Part shown: piece after piece, positions 9,604 to 19,900 of the stretch | Numbering within the stretch: the first letter of the stretch is position 1 | Layout of the letters: the number at the start of each line of letters is the position of its first letter | DNA from: Candidatus Latescibacterota bacterium | Lineage (GTDB): Bacteria; Latescibacterota; UBA2968; GCA-2709665 | Reading direction: 5' to 3' | Assembly: GCA_965226795.1 (NCBI GenBank) | Contig: CBDDDZ010000003.1 | Coordinates: 384,001 to 448,000 of the forward strand | Length of the DNA: 64,000 nt | Translations under genes and position numbers: made by a program | The notes under the pieces: model-generated | What the model was told of the DNA's origin: nothing | Database searches by the model: none | The model's input: only the letters and a program-made list of their open reading frames with translations

Positions 9604-11881
9604 TCGCTATCGCCTCACGTTGGAAGGTGCTTTTCTCCGTTTTGCCAATGTAAAATCCAATATCTCGCCCTTCCCCCACTATTGTCATCGTTGCTGGGTA
9701 GCCGTCGGCTTGCATCAGTTCCTCAAGCCATGCAAGAACCTTCAGATCGTCCTTGCTTGGCTTCGTGCCTGCACCGCTCGGATGTGAATGCCATTCGCCC
9801 ACATACTCAATCATGCCGTGGACTACTTTGGTACGTTGTGCGACTTTCTCCGAAAGCCCCTCACATCCCCGGATGTATAGAGTAGGCCATTCTTCGCTAT
9901 CAGGTGGCGAAGGCAACGCATCGACGACATAGACGATACGTCTCTCCATATCGAAGGAACCCAGTAGAACGCCACCAGTTTCGTTTGGAAGTTTGGATTG
10001 ACGCACACGCGAGAGGGTCTCTATTACGACGTTGTCAGTGACAACTGTCCAATCGTTGGTAATTTTACGCACAACGGGGGCGGGGGATACTTTGACACGA
10101 TTTACGACACCGTCCTCGTTTGAACGCCAGATCGTAATTTGTGCGTCAGCACACCGTACGGCATCGCATACTGCTCTCCCGCCATTGCTCGCGTGAAGAC
10201 CTACCATGTATTGGGGGAGTATGCTTGTGATATCCCGACAGGATTGGGCATAGCGATACCTCCCGGGTGGCTTGTCAAGATGTCCTGACAAGCATCGGTT
10301 GTTTAGAACGGCTCTATAGTACTGCATTTCGAGGGCATCGACGGTAATGTTTCGTTGCTTATCTTCCGCGAGCAGAACGAGGTCTTTCCCGGACGGCGAC
10401 AGGAATAGCGAGATCCTCCGCGCTGTGCTATTGCAATCCTGCGCAATCATCCGTGCAACGCCAACCGATGCCGACATGTCTAGGATCAGGTCGGCCTTAG
10501 CCAGCGCATTGGATAGTTCTTGAGTTCGTCCACCAGGGGATAGCACATTTACTGGAAATGAGCTAAACAGGTCGGAACCGAAAATTATAGTATTCGCTAA
10601 GTGTGCAACGGCATCTGCCTTGTTCCAACCCACAAAACTACCGTCGAGGGCATGCCGGGCTAAATTGTGTGGCAATAGTATGTCGTGATCGATCAGTGTC
10701 CAAGTACCAAACCCTGTTCTCGCAATATTGATTGCAACTTGGGAACCAAGCGCACCCATACCGATCGCAACAACCCTCATATCGACCAATTCATCCTCGC
10801 CATTGAGCTTGGCTGCCATTGAGCGATCGAGGTGATGAACCAGATTCAGCACTGCTATGTCTACATCGTCGCCCGTTTTCGATGTGTCGGGCGGCAATAA
10901 ATAGCCAACCTCTTCTCCCAGTAAATCCCAAAGGCCGATCTTGGCGCCCAGTTGGCGAATTTGCAAGCCCTCAGCACTCTTGTCTTCTGCACTATCCAAA
11001 AGCAAAAACGCCCAACTATCAACTGCCTCGCTCTCTTCTTTTTCATGCCGCATTTTTGGAAACAAAATAACGACGAGAAGATTGGCGTCGAGAACAGATC
11101 TGTCCGTCTGATGCCAGGTCTGGAGACGTTTTCGTAATTCAGAAATAAGGTCGACCTTGGCAACCGCCGTCATGGCAGCAAGGTCAGCAAGTGTCGACGG
11201 AATTTGATGAATGACCCCATGCGTCTGAGGTTCGCAACGATGTACACTTGCAAGTAGCGGCGGCGGTCCTTCATGCGGTTCGCCTGTTAGTGCGATCAGA
11301 AAAAGGCCTTTACTATTATTGTCCGATGTCACCGAAACTACGACTAGCGGGGTTGGTAGGCGCTTCTCCAATTGTTTGGTAGAAGGAAGGACGATGTGCC
11401 CGTGGAAATCCATAAGAAGGGGTTCAAGAGGTTGGTCGTCCTGGTGGAGTTTTCCTTGACTGTTTAAGGATAGCCACCGACGGATGTCGTGGACGAACCT
11501 AGGGGAAGTCCAGCATCGCTTGATTTCCTCGTAAGGTTCTTCGTACACACACATATTTCGAGGATACTCTTGCCGGTGCAGATTGAGGTGCGGCACTCGC
11601 GGGAAATTAACACGTAGGGCATGGACAACAGGTACGTTGTCGTCCTCTTTAGTAAACGACGCGGATATGCGCTCTGTTGCCTTGATCGGGTAACGCTGCA
11701 CCTGTGCGATTTCAACGTCGACCTCAAACACCACAATTTCAATTTTATCCCGCTTACGACATTCGACGAACCGGGCAAAGTCAATGCGCTCAGCCGATAG
11801 ACTGAGCGCGAGATCCTTGGCCTTTGAAATCTCAAGGTCGTTTGGCCGGACGACGTCCCCCGAGACATCAAAATAGCTCAT
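9596..11881 (-). CDS. Prokaryotic E2 - E1(ThiF) - JAB fusion (Cap2/Cap3-like)
   Basis: E2-like FPRVPHLN...NMCVY; ThiF IGMGALGS, IDHD, HNLARH, candidate catalytic Cys in SCRDITS; JAB ETGG...EWHSHP...PSKDD. Confidence 0.9.
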   Translation of the reverse strand: MSYFDVSGDVVRPNDLEISKAKDLALSLSAERIDFARFVECRKRDKIEIVVFEVDVEIAQVQRYPIKATERISASFTKEDDNVPVVHALRVNFPRVPHLNLHRQEYPRNMCVYEEPYEEIKRCWTSPRFVHDIRRWLSLNSQGKLHQDDQPLEPLLMDFHGHIVLPSTKQLEKRLPTPLVVVSVTSDNNSKGLFLIALTGEPHEGPPPLLASVHRCEPQTHGVIHQIPSTLADLAAMTAVAKVDLISELRKRLQTWHQTDRSVLDANLLVVILFPKMRHEKEESEAVDSWAFLLLDSAEDKSAEGLQIRQLGAKIGLWDLLGEEVGYLLPPDTSKTGDDVDIAVLNLVHHLDRSMAAKLNGEDELVDMRVVAIGMGALGSQVAINIARTGFGTWTLIDHDILLPHNLARHALDGSFVGWNKADAVAHLANTIIFGSDLFSSFPVNVLSPGGRTQELSNALAKADLILDMSASVGVARMIAQDCNSTARRISLFLSPSGKDLVLLAEDKQRNITVDALEMQYYRAVLNNRCLSGHLDKPPGRYRYAQSCRDITSILPQYMVGLHASNGGRAVCDAVRCADAQITIWRSNEDGVVNRVKVSPAPVVRKITNDWTVVTDNVVIETLSRVRQSKLPNETGGVLLGSFDMERRIVYVVDALPSPPDSEEWPTLYIRGCEGLSEKVAQRTKVVHGMIEYVGEWHSHPSGAGTKPSKDDLKVLAWLEELMQADGYPATMTIVGEGRDIGFYIGKTEKSTFQREAIANE

Positions 11882-13017
11882 CTTTGGCTACCTGCCCTCG
11901 GTGCGCGCCCTGACGTAGCGATAATTCCCGCGCTTACCACACTCTTTTTCAATGTTGCTTTGCTTTGTCCGATTTCAATCACCAACGGCTTAGGTGAGTT
12001 ACGTGACGGATGTTCCATCGTGACGACGAATTGCCCAACGAGGGCACGCGTGACGTCCTTGTAATAATTCGCAGCCTGTCGATGGGGTGGCTGCGAGTCC
12101 TCGTCTTCGTTACTACCTCCTACGGGAATGGGCTTGCTTGTTGATACCGCGATCGCCCCACGGTGTCCCTTTTTTTCGCATAGCCGCGCCACCTGAGTCA
12201 CGGGTGTGGTTTTGCTTGTGCCCTTTTCGGATCCTATGGAAAGATAGCTGCAGTGGTGGGGAATCTTGAGGATATCCCATTCAAGGTATTCTTCGTTTCC
12301 CTTGAACTCGGTAACGTCAACAATCTGTGACAGCACTTCATGGGTGGAATCAGCCAACATCAGCACTTTGGTATGTACTCCTGCGACATCGAAGGTTGCA
12401 TGCAGCACAAGCGAGTCCTCGTTCCGATCCTCGACCGGTTTATCGTTCTGTCGGATAGCAAATGGCGAGTGAACAAAAAACTCGATATGATCTTTACACA
12501 GAGAAAACTCAGGTGCGATCTCTCCCGCATCCGTAATCAAGTGAAGCCGGTCGTGGAGCTTCATGTCATTTTTTTCGCACCACTTCTCCAACCGTTCCGG
12601 CCGGGAGAAAACACGGATCCCTTTCGCCTGGCGGAATCGATAACGAGCCTCTTTCTGCAAAATGCGCGCCTCATCATCGTCAGGGCTCGTCTCCGTGATG
12701 AACGCAGAGGGCACCCACATCATGTTCATCTTGATGCGTTTTCCAACTTGGTACTTCATCGCATGTTCAAGGTAAAAGAAGTCGGAGGCCCCCTTGAAGT
12801 GATCTTTATCCAGGTGACTGAACGCTACGACGTCGAAGTAGTCACGATTGTTCTTCTTTAGGCCGTCTTTGAGGAGTTCCGGAAGGTCGCACCTAAGGTC
12901 ATTGTCGTCATTTTCATCTTTGGTTGCAGCGTAATCGATAAGGATTGTACGGTCACACGACAGTTCAATGCGACAGCAGTCGGCGTTTCCCAAAGGGAAA
13001 AAGGTCATTGTATGCAT
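11878..13017 (-). CDS. MBL-fold metallohydrolase associated with E2-E1-JAB
   Basis: FFPLGNAD, SHLDKDH, KIPHHCS; low-complexity tail ending SGRAPRAGSQR; GGAGG RBS; ATGA coupling to the E2-E1-JAB gene. Confidence 0.85.
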   Translation of the reverse strand: MHTMTFFPLGNADCCRIELSCDRTILIDYAATKDENDDNDLRCDLPELLKDGLKKNNRDYFDVVAFSHLDKDHFKGASDFFYLEHAMKYQVGKRIKMNMMWVPSAFITETSPDDDEARILQKEARYRFRQAKGIRVFSRPERLEKWCEKNDMKLHDRLHLITDAGEIAPEFSLCKDHIEFFVHSPFAIRQNDKPVEDRNEDSLVLHATFDVAGVHTKVLMLADSTHEVLSQIVDVTEFKGNEEYLEWDILKIPHHCSYLSIGSEKGTSKTTPVTQVARLCEKKGHRGAIAVSTSKPIPVGGSNEDEDSQPPHRQAANYYKDVTRALVGQFVVTMEHPSRNSPKPLVIEIGQSKATLKKSVVSAGIIATSGRAPRAGSQR

Positions 13018-13215
13018 TTTAGCCTCCAACAGGGGTAGTGTTTGTAATTGTCATTTCACGTGAGTTTGGCGAACCGGGAAATGCCGGCCTAAACCGAAAT
13101 CCCAGATTGTCCGCCCAAACCTCCAGCGATGAATCACGCTGATTATCGCGTATGTTTCGGCGATCACTATCCATCTTGATGTCCGGATGACTAACGTCAA
13201 CTATATCGAACCTGG

Positions 13216-14466
13216 TTAAATTCCGTTACTTCCTTCATCGTCGAGGCTCAGGTCGGAAACCGCGTCATCCACTTCGCCGGCATCCACATTCAACATGCCG
13301 ACTAAGTCGATAAGTTCGGCACGGGAGATTCTTTTCCGCCTTAATGCTTCCAGGGCTAACCCGACAAACCGGTCGCGGAATTCGTTACGCAGAGCCTGGT
13401 GGTCCGGTTCCGGAAAGCCCAAGAGCTGCTCCAATTTACGCCCCTTATCCATTCTCTCTTGTTCTAACAGGCTCTCGAGTTCGCTAGCTGTGAGGAGTCG
13501 GGTGCTTCTCAGGCGATAGCAGGCGGCGATTCGGCTGACGCCGAAGTGGTGCGCCATACGCACTACATCGTAGAGCTGTATTTTCTGGCTTCCTGCGGTA
13601 GATCGAGCCCGCCCACGAATTGGCGATCCCTCATCGAACACTTCGGCTTCCATACGGCTGGGTCGCCCCTTTCCGGAAGCGTGGATAAACTGGCGCACTG
13701 CCTCAGCAGGCATCAGAAAGCTGGCGGCAAAGGAGTTGGCACGGACCTCACGTAACTGATCTCGGTCGTGCTCTCGACTGACGAAACCGCCGTGGTCTCG
13801 GTCCATAAGCACGTGACAATATTCGTGTGCGTACGAGAATCGCCTGCGCGAAAAATGGTGCTCCCGATTTGCTACAATGAGGACTCCGATCTCCTGCTTG
13901 ATGAGTGTAAAACCTGATACGTCGTCCGGCAACGTGACCAAGGCAGTACGAACGTCCTGCGATTCGAGAAGCTGGGCGATTTCGGAGATTGACGTAAGGC
14001 CGAGCCCAAGGCGGCCGCGTTCTTCCATTGCGACGCGTTCACCTTGTTGAATAGCCTCCCACGTGGTGCGTGGTTGTGGAAGCGGGTACGCCGCGACTGT
14101 AACTAGATCGCGGTCAATATCCAGCAATTGCTCAAGTCTGGTCATTTCCCGGCCCAAAGCTAAACACCGGAGGAGGGCCTCTCGCAAATCCTCCTTGCTC
14201 GACAGATCCGGGTGAAGTCGGTACAACGCGACGAGTGCATTCTCCTCTTCAGGTTCCTCCTCCGCCACAAAGCTCTGCAGATCCTTACCGAAGAGGATGG
14301 CAAGGCGAAACAGTTCAATACCGTTGACCGTACGGTTGCCCAGTTCGATCTGTGCCACAGTAGAGCGCGAGACTCCGAGGTGATTTGCAACCTCGTCTTG
14401 GGTCAGGCTGCTGGATTCTCTGGCGCGCCTAAGCCTCTGGCCCAACTCTTTATGGTCAATTGCCAT
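13216..14466 (-). CDS. XRE-HTH plus ImmA/IrrE Zn-metallopeptidase regulator
   Basis: LGQRLRRARE..LTQDEVA..LGVSRSTVAQIELG HTH; RRFSYAHEYCH (HExxH); E.RANSFAASFLMP. Confidence 0.9.
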   Translation of the reverse strand: MAIDHKELGQRLRRARESSSLTQDEVANHLGVSRSTVAQIELGNRTVNGIELFRLAILFGKDLQSFVAEEEPEEENALVALYRLHPDLSSKEDLREALLRCLALGREMTRLEQLLDIDRDLVTVAAYPLPQPRTTWEAIQQGERVAMEERGRLGLGLTSISEIAQLLESQDVRTALVTLPDDVSGFTLIKQEIGVLIVANREHHFSRRRFSYAHEYCHVLMDRDHGGFVSREHDRDQLREVRANSFAASFLMPAEAVRQFIHASGKGRPSRMEAEVFDEGSPIRGRARSTAGSQKIQLYDVVRMAHHFGVSRIAACYRLRSTRLLTASELESLLEQERMDKGRKLEQLLGFPEPDHQALRNEFRDRFVGLALEALRRKRISRAELIDLVGMLNVDAGEVDDAVSDLSLDDEGSNGI

Positions 14467-14553
14467 TTCGCCCCTAAGATCATGCCGTAGATTTGCACCG
14501 TGTTCCGCTACACCAAATAGGCGATCGTCGTCGGAAGACTTAATCCGAATGGA

Positions 14554-14594
14554 AAGATAGCTATTCGAACACTATTTGTCAACTTTGGACAAAT
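14554..14594 (-). promoter_or_regulatory. Sigma70 promoter for the minus-strand operon, with an operator over the -35
   Basis: On the minus strand TTGACA (14582-14577), 17 bp, TATCTT (14559-14554); inverted repeat ATTTGTC-N7-GACAAAT (14574-14594). Confidence 0.7.
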
Positions 14595-15150
14595 GTGTTA
14601 GGATTTCATATATTCTCTTCGGGGTTTGACCGCGTCTCCGAAGGCTCGGGGTGAGTGTGTAGATAGGCTATATGCTTGATATCGACGTTTCCATCTGCAC
14701 CAAGAAATTTCACCACGGATTCGGCATCTACCCTGTTTCAGGGGAGTGGATGCCGGAAAATGATCCGGTTCTTTCCTTCCTAATTCATTCGCATTATATT
14801 ATTTTCGATTCAAAGCGTTACCGCTAATAGGAATCGTTCTTATTTTCCCAACCGAAGACAAGGCAAGTTGGTGACACCTGCCACCGATGTAACGCGCGCG
14901 CCTCATGGTCGCACCGTGCGATGTCCGGGGGGCTAGACCGCATCCGGAGAAATGGATAGACGCAGATGAAACAAGGCGAAATTGTCTTTGAAGTGCGCGA
15001 GGCGGTCGAAGTTGGCGATAACGTCAAGCGGGAAGTTGATGCCACAGATACAGCATTGTCCCGCTCAACGGTGGCGAATCCGCAGCCATACGGCGCGAAA
15101 GCGCCAACGACGCGCTTGATGAGACCAGTCTGACTGGTTATATTCACGCA

Positions 15151-15431
15151 ATGACACTGATCTACTCAACTTCTGAAGCAAAGGCGCGGTTTTCGGAGGT
15201 CATCCGTGCAAGTGCGCGAAGGCAGGACCGTCACGGTTTCTTTATCGAGGAGAGCCCGTGGCTGAGATCCGCGGAATCCAGCGTCACCAGCAGACGACGA
15301 TCGAAGAGCGACTGGACGATCTCCAACGACGCGGGGTCCTGGTGCGATCGGGAGCGCCAAGGCAGGCGTTTCAGCCAGTGGCGCGTCGGCCGGGTGCCCT
15401 GGCGCGGTTCCTGGCTGAGCGTGGCGAATGA
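15151..15431 (+). pseudogene. Phd/YefM antitoxin, frameshifted
   Basis: MTLIYSTSEAKARFSEVIR, then QVREGRTVTVS / YRGEPVAEI in other frames; ATGA overlap with a PIN remnant. Confidence 0.75.
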
Positions 15432-15583
15432 GCGCGGCGAACGTCGATACGTCGGTATTGGCCGCCATCGCCTTCGACGAACAGAACCCCGGCGAACTCC
15501 TGCTCTTCACGCTTGACGACCGATAGTGCGCTGTGGCCGCCGTGCTCGGCTTTGTCACTCCGGAGGGACTGTATTCGCTATGA
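15428..15583 (+). pseudogene. VapC/PIN toxin remnant (internal deletion)
   Basis: MSAANVDTSVLAAIAFDE joined directly to a C-terminal-like FTLDDR*.AVAAVLGF. Confidence 0.6.
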
Positions 15584-15683
15584 GCCTCGCGGTTTCAGAA
15601 ACCTCTTTCCAGTACACCATCTACCTGGAACTGGCTTATATTGTGGAAGCCGGTTCTTTTCTTTTTCGCCCATTTGCATTATA

Positions 15684-15715
15684 TTATTAGCGACTTAAAG
15701 CAATGACGCTAATAA
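15684..15715. promoter_or_regulatory. Inverted-repeat operator upstream of fic
   Basis: TTATTAGCG-N14-CGCTAATAA in an AT-rich intergenic region. Confidence 0.55.
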
Positions 15716-15734
15716 GATTGACTCCTATTTTCAT

Positions 15735-16955
15735 ATGTGCAAACAAGGCACGGTCATGACACCAGGAAACAACGGGCGTAGCCCGCCCCCCGGTCGCACA
15801 ATCCGATGTCCGGAAGGCTATAGCGCATACGTACCGGCGCCACTTCCGCCCGATATTGCCTGGGACAAGGAACTCGCCCTCGCGCTTTCCCATGCCGACC
15901 GTGCAGTGGGCCGGCTCGCGGGCGAAGGCCGGCTGATGCCGATTCCGTATCTCTTTATCAGGGCATTCCTGTACAAGGAAGCGGTGCTTTCCAGCCGCAT
16001 CGAGGGCACGCAGGTTTCCCTGGGCGAATTGTTCGCCGCAAATGCCGGAGCGAGAGTCGAGCGAAGCGCAGAGGAATTGGAAGAGGTGGCAAACTACATC
16101 GTGGCGTTAGACTACGGCATCGATCGCTTGGCAACGCTTCCGCTTTCATTGCGCCTGGTTCGGGAACTGCACGAGCGGCTGATGCGCGGCGTGCGCGGCG
16201 ACACTGCGACGCCGGGCGAGTTTCGCCGCATCCAGAACTGGATCGGCCCGCCCGGATGTGGTGGGAGCAACGCGACTTACGTTCCACCGCCCCCGGATGA
16301 ACTGATGGATTGCCTCGGCGCGTGGGAGCGATTTCTCCACGACGAAACACTTCCTCCTCTCGTCCACGCCGCTCTCATCCATTCGCAGTTCGAGGCCATC
16401 CATCCGTTTCTCGACGGGAATGGACGTATCGGTCGGCTGCTCATTCCGCTGCTGTTCGCTGCCCGTGGCGTTTTACCAACACCGCTTCTGTATCTGAGCG
16501 CATACTTTGAATCGACGCGGCAGGAGTACTATGAACACCTTCTAAGGGTGACCCACGACGGAGAGTGGGAGGCGTGGCTGGTGTACTTTCTGCGCGGTGT
16601 TGCCGAGCAGGCCGAGGACGCCATTCGTCGGATCCGCCGCATCGACGAATTGTTCCATCGTTGGTCGGAGCAAATCGCAGGCGTCAGATCGGGGAATCTG
16701 GAGACGGTTTTGGAACTGTTCGTCGAATTCCCGTTCTGGAACGTGCGCATGCTCGCATCAAAGCTGGGGGTCGCCTACACGACGGCTCGGCGCGCCGTCG
16801 ATCGGTTGGAATCAGCAGGTATTGTCACGCAGGTTGGCGACGCAAAGCGAAACCGTGTATATTGTGCGGACGCAGTACTCGAAGTCCTCGACGCGCCGCA
16901 TATCGAAAATCAAGACGAACCGAAAGCCACAATGACTTCGCGAGTCGCATTATGA
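15735..16955 (+). CDS. fic: Fic family protein with C-terminal wHTH
   Basis: EAVLSSRIEG inhibitory-helix motif; HPFLDGNGRIGR Fic motif. Confidence 0.93.
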   Translation: MCKQGTVMTPGNNGRSPPPGRTIRCPEGYSAYVPAPLPPDIAWDKELALALSHADRAVGRLAGEGRLMPIPYLFIRAFLYKEAVLSSRIEGTQVSLGELFAANAGARVERSAEELEEVANYIVALDYGIDRLATLPLSLRLVRELHERLMRGVRGDTATPGEFRRIQNWIGPPGCGGSNATYVPPPPDELMDCLGAWERFLHDETLPPLVHAALIHSQFEAIHPFLDGNGRIGRLLIPLLFAARGVLPTPLLYLSAYFESTRQEYYEHLLRVTHDGEWEAWLVYFLRGVAEQAEDAIRRIRRIDELFHRWSEQIAGVRSGNLETVLELFVEFPFWNVRMLASKLGVAYTTARRAVDRLESAGIVTQVGDAKRNRVYCADAVLEVLDAPHIENQDEPKATMTSRVAL

Positions 16956-19900
16956 GTCCCGTTATTTCCGAAAAAGCCTTCGAAGACGCCATCGAGGCGG
17001 CTTTGCTTGGCCATGGCAAGGATGAGTCGGGGGGTCTTCCGACCGGGGTGCGTGAAGGCGGGTTGCCGATAGGCGGCCAGGCGATGGAACCCGGTGGCTA
17101 TTTCAAACGAAGGCACGAGGACTATGACCACGCACTCTGCCTTCTGCCCAAAGATGTTCTGGATTTCATTATTGCGACTCAGCCAAAGGAGTGGCGGAAG
17201 TTGTCCCAGCACTATGGCGCCCAGGTCAAAGGACGATTTCTCAAGCGCCTATCGTCGGAAATCGAACGCCGGGGCGTACTCCACGTGCTGCGGAACGGGA
17301 TCAAGGATATGGGCTGCACGTTCCGATTGGCCTATTTCCGGCCGGCCAGCGGGCTCAACGAGGAGACGCGCCGACTGTATATGGCCAACTTCTTCGCGGT
17401 TGTCCGCCAGGTACGCTACAGTATGAAAAACGAGAAAAGCCTCGATTTGGTTCTGTTCCTGAACGGTATCCCCATTTTCACCGCCGAACTCAAGAACCTG
17501 CTCAGCGGACAGACGGTCGAGGACGCGATCCGCCAGTATAAGACAGACCGGGACCCGCGCGAGCCGCTGTTCGGCTTTGGCCGATGTCTGGCGCATTTCG
17601 CGGTTGATCCGGATCTGGTCTACGTCACCACACGTCTCGCCGGTCCCAAAACGCGCTTCCTTCCCTTCAACCAGGGTAACAACCGCGGTGCGGGAAACCC
17701 GCCGGTGCCGCCTACGCAATCCGGCTATGCCACTTCGTATCTCTGGGAGGAGACATGGTCGCGGGACAGTGTGCTTGATTTGGTGCGCCAGTTTGTCCAC
17801 GAAGTCGAGGAGGAAGACGAGAACGGCCGCAAGACCGGCAGGAAATCGCTGGTCTTCCCGCGCTACCAGCAACTCGATTGCGTGCGAAAGCTCATATCGG
17901 ATGCCCGTAAGACCGGGGCGGGACAGCGCTATCTCATCCAGCACTCCGCCGGAAGCGGTAAGACGTTCACCATCGCCTGGCTCGCCCACCAGTTATCCAC
18001 GCTGCACGACATAGAAGACCGCCGCGTTTTCGATTCGATCGTAGTTATCACGGACCGGCGCGTGCTCGACCGCGCCCTCCAGGGCGCCATGCGCCAGTTC
18101 GAGCAGACCCTGGGCGTTGTGGAAAATATCGACACGACCTCGCGCCAACTCAAAGAGGCGCTCGAATCCGGCAAGACAATTATCGTGACCACGCTGCAGA
18201 AATTCCCGGTGATCGCCGCGGAAATCGGCGAATTGCCGGGCAAGCGATTCGCACTGATCGTCGACGAAGCGCACTCGTCCCAATCCGGCGAGAGCACCAA
18301 GAGCCTAAAGGCGGTGTTGGCGACGGGGTCTTTAGAAGAGGCGGAGGGCGAGGAAGCCGGGGCCGAGACGCCAGAAGAGGAACTCGAAAACGCGATCCTG
18401 GCGGAGGTGGAGAAGCGCGGGCGCCTGCCCAATCTCTCGACTTTCGCCTTTACCGCGACCCCCAAGCCCAAGACGCTGGAGCTTTTTGGCACCCGCCGCA
18501 CGGACGAATCGTTCGAACCGTTTCACCTCTACAGCATGCGGCAGGCCATCGAGGAGGGGTTCATCCTCGACGTCCTGGAGAACTATACGACCTACAAAGC
18601 CTATTGGCGGCTATTGAAGAAGGTGGAGGACGACCCGCGCTACGACAGGCGCAAGGCTACCGTCCTGCTCAAATCGTACGTTGAACTTCACCCGCACGCG
18701 ATTGACGAGAAGGTACGCATCATGGTCTGCCACTTTGTCGAGCAGGTGCACACCCAGATCGACGGGAAGGCAAAGGCAATGATCGTCACCCGCTCGCGAC
18801 TGCACGCCGTTCGCTTCAAGCTGGCGGTGGACAAATACCTCGCCGAACAGGGGCACGCGTTCAAAGCGCTGGTTGCGTTCTCGGGCACCGTCGAGGATGG
18901 CGGCAAGTCCTATACCGAGCCCGGCATGAACGGCGTTTCCGAGGTGCAGACCGCAAACACATTCAAAGGATCGGAATATCGATTCCTGATATGTGCGAAC
19001 AAATTCCAGACCGGTTTCGACCAGCCGCTGTTGCACGCGATGTACGTCGACAAAAAACTCGGCGGCGTGAACGCGGTGCAGACACTCTCACGGATTAACC
19101 GTACAGAACCAGGAAAAGACGGCACGATGGTACTCGATTTCGCCAACGATGCCGACGACATCAAGGAGGCCTTCGAACCTTATTACGAAACAACACTGCT
19201 GTCGGAGGCGACCGATCCCAACCTGCTCTACGAGATCCAGATGCGTCTGTCCGACTTCCCGGTATACGATCAGTCCGATGTGGATGAATTCGCAAGGATT
19301 TTTTTCGACAAGGCCGCCACACAGGACCAGCTTCATGCCGCGCTCAATCCCGTGGTCCACCGATTTCAGACGTTAGAAGAAAGTGAACAGCAGGAATTCC
19401 GGGGTCAACTTGTCGACTACGTGCGGCTTTACGCGTTTCTCGCACAGATCCTTCCGTTCGCCGACGTCGATCTGGAGAAGCTGTACGTCTTCTCGCGACA
19501 CTTACGCCGCCTGTTGCCAATGGACCGGGCTGAGTTGCCGCTCGAAGTTCAGCAGAATATCGACATGGAGTCGTATAGGATTCAGGAAACCCGCAAAGGC
19601 AAAATAAACCTGGAGCGAGGGACGACGAAGCTCGAGCCCGTCGGTACAAAGGACACATACTCGCTACAGCCGGAAGAAATGGAGACCCTTTCGCGGATCA
19701 TCGCCGAATTGAACGAGCGCTTCGGGGTCGAACTCGGGCAGGAGCACCGCGCCACCCTCGGCCAGATGATGGACAGACTTTCTGAAGACGCTGCACTCGG
19801 CGCCGCGGCGCGGGTGAATACGCGCGAAAATGTGCGATTGACTTTCGACCACAAGGTTGAAGAGACCATCCAGGGTATTGTGGATTCCAATTTCGATCTA

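Noticed and set aside
8851..13017. Canonical type II CBASS
   Set aside because: No CD-NTase is present; an MBL occupies that position.
14968..15020. Possible HicB-like antitoxin start (MKQGEIVFEVREAVE)
   Set aside because: Too short to support a call.
16565..16951. N-terminal extension of HsdR in the ORF track
   Set aside because: It overlaps fic in another frame; the HsdR-like sequence begins at 16952.
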